Source: Burkholderiaceae bacterium (GTDB lineage: Bacteria > Pseudomonadota > Gammaproteobacteria > Burkholderiales > Burkholderiaceae_C). Taken from it: DNA of 64,000 bases. Both the position numbers and the translations under genes were made by a program. Shown here one piece after another: positions 62,701 through 64,000 of this stretch. The stretch lies in the NCBI GenBank assembly GCA_038901875.1, contig JBCKPE010000001.1, positions 17,199 to 81,198 on the forward strand, in the 5' to 3' direction. Numbering within the stretch: position 1 is the first letter of the stretch; every line of letters begins with the position of its first letter. A model generated the notes under the pieces. It had not been told where the DNA came from. It made no database searches and worked only from the letters and a program-made list of their open reading frames with translations.

Positions 62701-64000
62701 TATGTCTTTCGATGTTCCTGAGTTTGGCCATGTTGGCAAAATCAAGAATCGGCTGACTCACCTCCAGGCGCATGGGTGGGTTGACTTGGTTGATGTCCAG
62801 CAGATTCGGTTTCGGTCCGATGAAAGAGACCAGCGACATGACGATCGACTCGCGGATCGAGTCAATCGGTGGATTGGTGACCTGGGCAAACAATTGTTTG
62901 AAATAGTTGTAGAGCGGCTTGTTCTTCATCGACAGCACGGCAAGCGGCGTGTCATTGCCCATCGAGCCAACACCTTCCTCACCGGATTGCGCCATGGGTG
63001 ACATCAGGAACTTAATGTCTTCCTGGGTGAACCCGAACGCCTGCTGCCGATCGAGCAAGGACGCTTGCGCAGAGATCACTGTGTCCGCGCCCCCCGCGAC
63101 GTCATCAAGCCGGATGCGCAGGTTCTCTATCCACTGCTGGTAGGGACGGCTGTTTGCCAGGCTCGACTTGAGTTCTTCGTCGTCGATCATGCGGCCCTGT
63201 TCCAGATCGATCAGGAACATCTTGCCGGGTTGCAATCGCCATTTGCGGACGATCCGGCTCTCAGGCACAGGCAACACACCCGATTCGGACGCCATGATCA
63301 CCAGATCGTCATCGGTAATGCAGTACCTTGAGGGACGAAGACCGTTGCGGTCGAGCGTGGCACCAATTTGCCGGCCATCGGTAAAGACAATCGAGGCCGG
63401 ACCGTCCCAGGGCTCGAGCATGGCGGCGTGGTATTCGTAGAACGCGCGGCGGCGCTCACCCATCAGCGTGTGCTGCTCCCACGGCTCGGGAATCATCATC
63501 ATCATCGCCTGACCGATCGGGTAACCGGCCATGGTCAGCAGCTCCAGACAGTTGTCAAACGTCGCCGTGTCGGACTGAGTGGGAAAACTGATCGGATAGA
63601 GCTTCTTCAGGTCCGACCCAAGCACAGGCGAGGACATCACACCCTCGCGTGCCTTCATCCAGTTGTAGTTTCCCTTGATGGTGTTGATCTCACCGTTGTG
63701 CGCCACGTAGCGGTAGGGATGGGCCAGCGGCCATTCTGGAAAAGTGTTGGTTGAAAACCGGTGGTGGACCAATCCAAGGGCGGAAACACAACTCGGCACT
63801 TCAAGATCACAAAAGTATGCCCCTACCTGAGCCGCCAGCAGCAGGCCTTTGTACACGACCGTCCGGCTTGACATGCTCGGAACGTAATACTCCTTGTTAT
63901 GCTTCAGGCGAAGCTTCTGGATGGCCGCACTGGCCGTCTTGCGAATGACGTAAAGCTTGCGTTCAAGCGCGTCCTGAACGATCACGTCGTCGCCGCGACC
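59747..64000 (-). CDS. gltB: Glutamate synthase (NADPH) large subunit, 5'-truncated by the window edge
   Basis: At least 1417 codons open to the window end, reading ...[17 protein letters not shown]. Contains the Ntn-amidotransferase, central, FMN/3Fe-4S ([14 protein letters not shown]) and GXGXG C-terminal domains. Confidence 0.96.
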   Translation of the reverse strand, partial: GRGDDVIVQDALERKLYVIRKTASAAIQKLRLKHNKEYYVPSMSSRTVVYKGLLLAAQVGAYFCDLEVPSCVSALGLVHHRFSTNTFPEWPLAHPYRYVAHNGEINTIKGNYNWMKAREGVMSSPVLGSDLKKLYPISFPTQSDTATFDNCLELLTMAGYPIGQAMMMMIPEPWEQHTLMGERRRAFYEYHAAMLEPWDGPASIVFTDGRQIGATLDRNGLRPSRYCITDDDLVIMASESGVLPVPESRIVRKWRLQPGKMFLIDLEQGRMIDDEELKSSLANSRPYQQWIENLRIRLDDVAGGADTVISAQASLLDRQQAFGFTQEDIKFLMSPMAQSGEEGVGSMGNDTPLAVLSMKNKPLYNYFKQLFAQVTNPPIDSIRESIVMSLVSFIGPKPNLLDINQVNPPMRLEVSQPILDFANMAKLRNIERHTQGKFKSYPIDITYPLAWGHEGVEAKLASICAESVDAIRGGKNILIISDRAIGPDQVAIPALLALSAVHQHLIREGLRTTAGLVVETGTAREVHQFAVLAGYGAEAVHPYLALETLASMHQELPGDLNLEKATTNYIKAVGKGLSKIMSKMGVSTYMSYCGAQLFEAIGINSETMEKYFTGTASRIEGIGVFEIAEEAIRMHRQAFGDDPVLENMLDAGGEYAWRVRGDEHMWTPDAIAKLQHSTRSNNWATYKEYAQLINDQGQRHMTLRGLFEFRVDPDTAIPVDEVESAAEIVKRFATGAMSLGSISTEAHTTLAIAMNRIGGKSNTGEGGEDPARYRQELRGIAIRKGQTTAEILGPGVVEADYVLQDGDSLRSRIKQIAAGRFGVNAEYLSSADQIQIKMAQGAKPGEGGQLPGAKVSEYIAKLRYSVPGVGLISPPPHHDIYSIEDLAQLIHDLKNVAPHASVSVKLVSEVGVGTVAAGVAKCKSDHVVIAGHDGGTGASPWSSIKHAGSPWEIGLAETQQTLVLNRLRGRIRVQVDGQMKTGRDVVIGALLGADEFGFATAPLVVGGCIMMRKCHLNTCPVGVATQDPVLRRKFRGKPEHVVNYFFFVAEEVRAIMAQLGMRKFDELIGRSDLLDTRKGIEHWKASGLDFSRIFAQPKVPADVPRRHVEAQDHGLERSLDNLLIEKCRAAIDRGEKVRFMEVARNVNRSVGAMLSGALTRARPEGLPDDTVRIQLEGTGGQSFAAFLAKGITLYLIGDANDYTGKGLSGGRVVVRPSIDFRGDATKNIIVGNTVLYGATDGEAFFCGVAGERFAVRLSGATAVVEGTGDHGCEYMTRGTVVVLGKTGRNFAAGMSGGIAYVFDEDGEFAQRCNTAMVSLEKVLSASEQSAQVDPALWHQDQADETLLRKLLQEHNRWTGSKRARELLDSWELSRARFVKVFPHEYRRALAEIGARTIREPKAAAVRAGTRKLTADLK

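Noticed and set aside
1-64000. Scanned by eye for CRISPR arrays, long tandem repeats, IS inverted repeats, toxin-antitoxin pairs, retron or defence-type genes, and low-GC islands.
   Set aside because: None were seen. All gaps are 210 bp or shorter, and every sizeable ORF is assignable to a housekeeping family. An exhaustive computational repeat search (self dot-plot or k-mer analysis) was not possible here and would be the decisive check.

Overview
The window looks like a dense, syntenic core-chromosome segment of a roughly 60% GC betaproteobacterium. The order Burkholderiales, probably Comamonadaceae, is my inference from gene order and protein sequences; no search was run. About 65 protein genes and 2 tRNAs account for nearly all of it, and no intergenic gap exceeds about 210 bp.

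Gene order, left to right:
- a 1354-aa FAD/Fe-S oxidoreductase fusion (minus strand), divergent from ugpBAECQ
- a small membrane protein (minus strand), divergent from hemA-prfA-prmC, then grxD
- an SLT lytic transglycosylase and proS (minus strand), divergent from rppH and a CNP1-like lipoprotein
- proB-obgE-rpmA-rplU (minus strand), divergent from ispB, then tRNA-Pro(CGG)
- pilBCD-coaE-zapD
- MutT-like Nudix, DUF815 ATPase, argJ, secA and an M23 peptidase (minus strand), divergent from a DUF721/DciA-like gene
- tRNA-Thr(UGU), sspB, sspA and petCBA (minus strand), divergent from mscL
- pdxA-family and Nif3-like genes (minus strand), divergent from a DegS/AlgW-like protease
- tatCBA, a HIT protein, hisE-I-F-A-H-B-C-D-G, murA, a BolA-like gene, an ABC-2 exporter pair, mlaB-C-A-D-E-F, gltD and gltB (all minus strand; gltB is 5'-truncated by the window edge)

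Many starts were moved relative to the ORF track, using conserved N-termini and Shine-Dalgarno (SD) sites.

I found no integrase, transposase, IS element, prophage, CRISPR array, toxin-antitoxin pair or recognisable defence cassette, and no tRNA-linked island. I therefore see no convincing undescribed multi-gene system here.

The observations most worth a second look are small-scale:
1. An 86-bp nested palindromic (REP/RPE-like) element inserted in frame in the giant oxidoreductase gene.
2. That uncharacterised oxidoreductase sits divergent to the ugp operon.
3. A very stable hairpin lies 10 nt upstream of the secA start.
4. hemA has an apparently leaderless or SD-less start.
5. The leftmost 375 bp are unresolved: a terminator-like hairpin, a duplicated 10-mer, and a protein-like frame interrupted by a stop.
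6. Intercistronic stem-loops occur in the ugp and tat operons.
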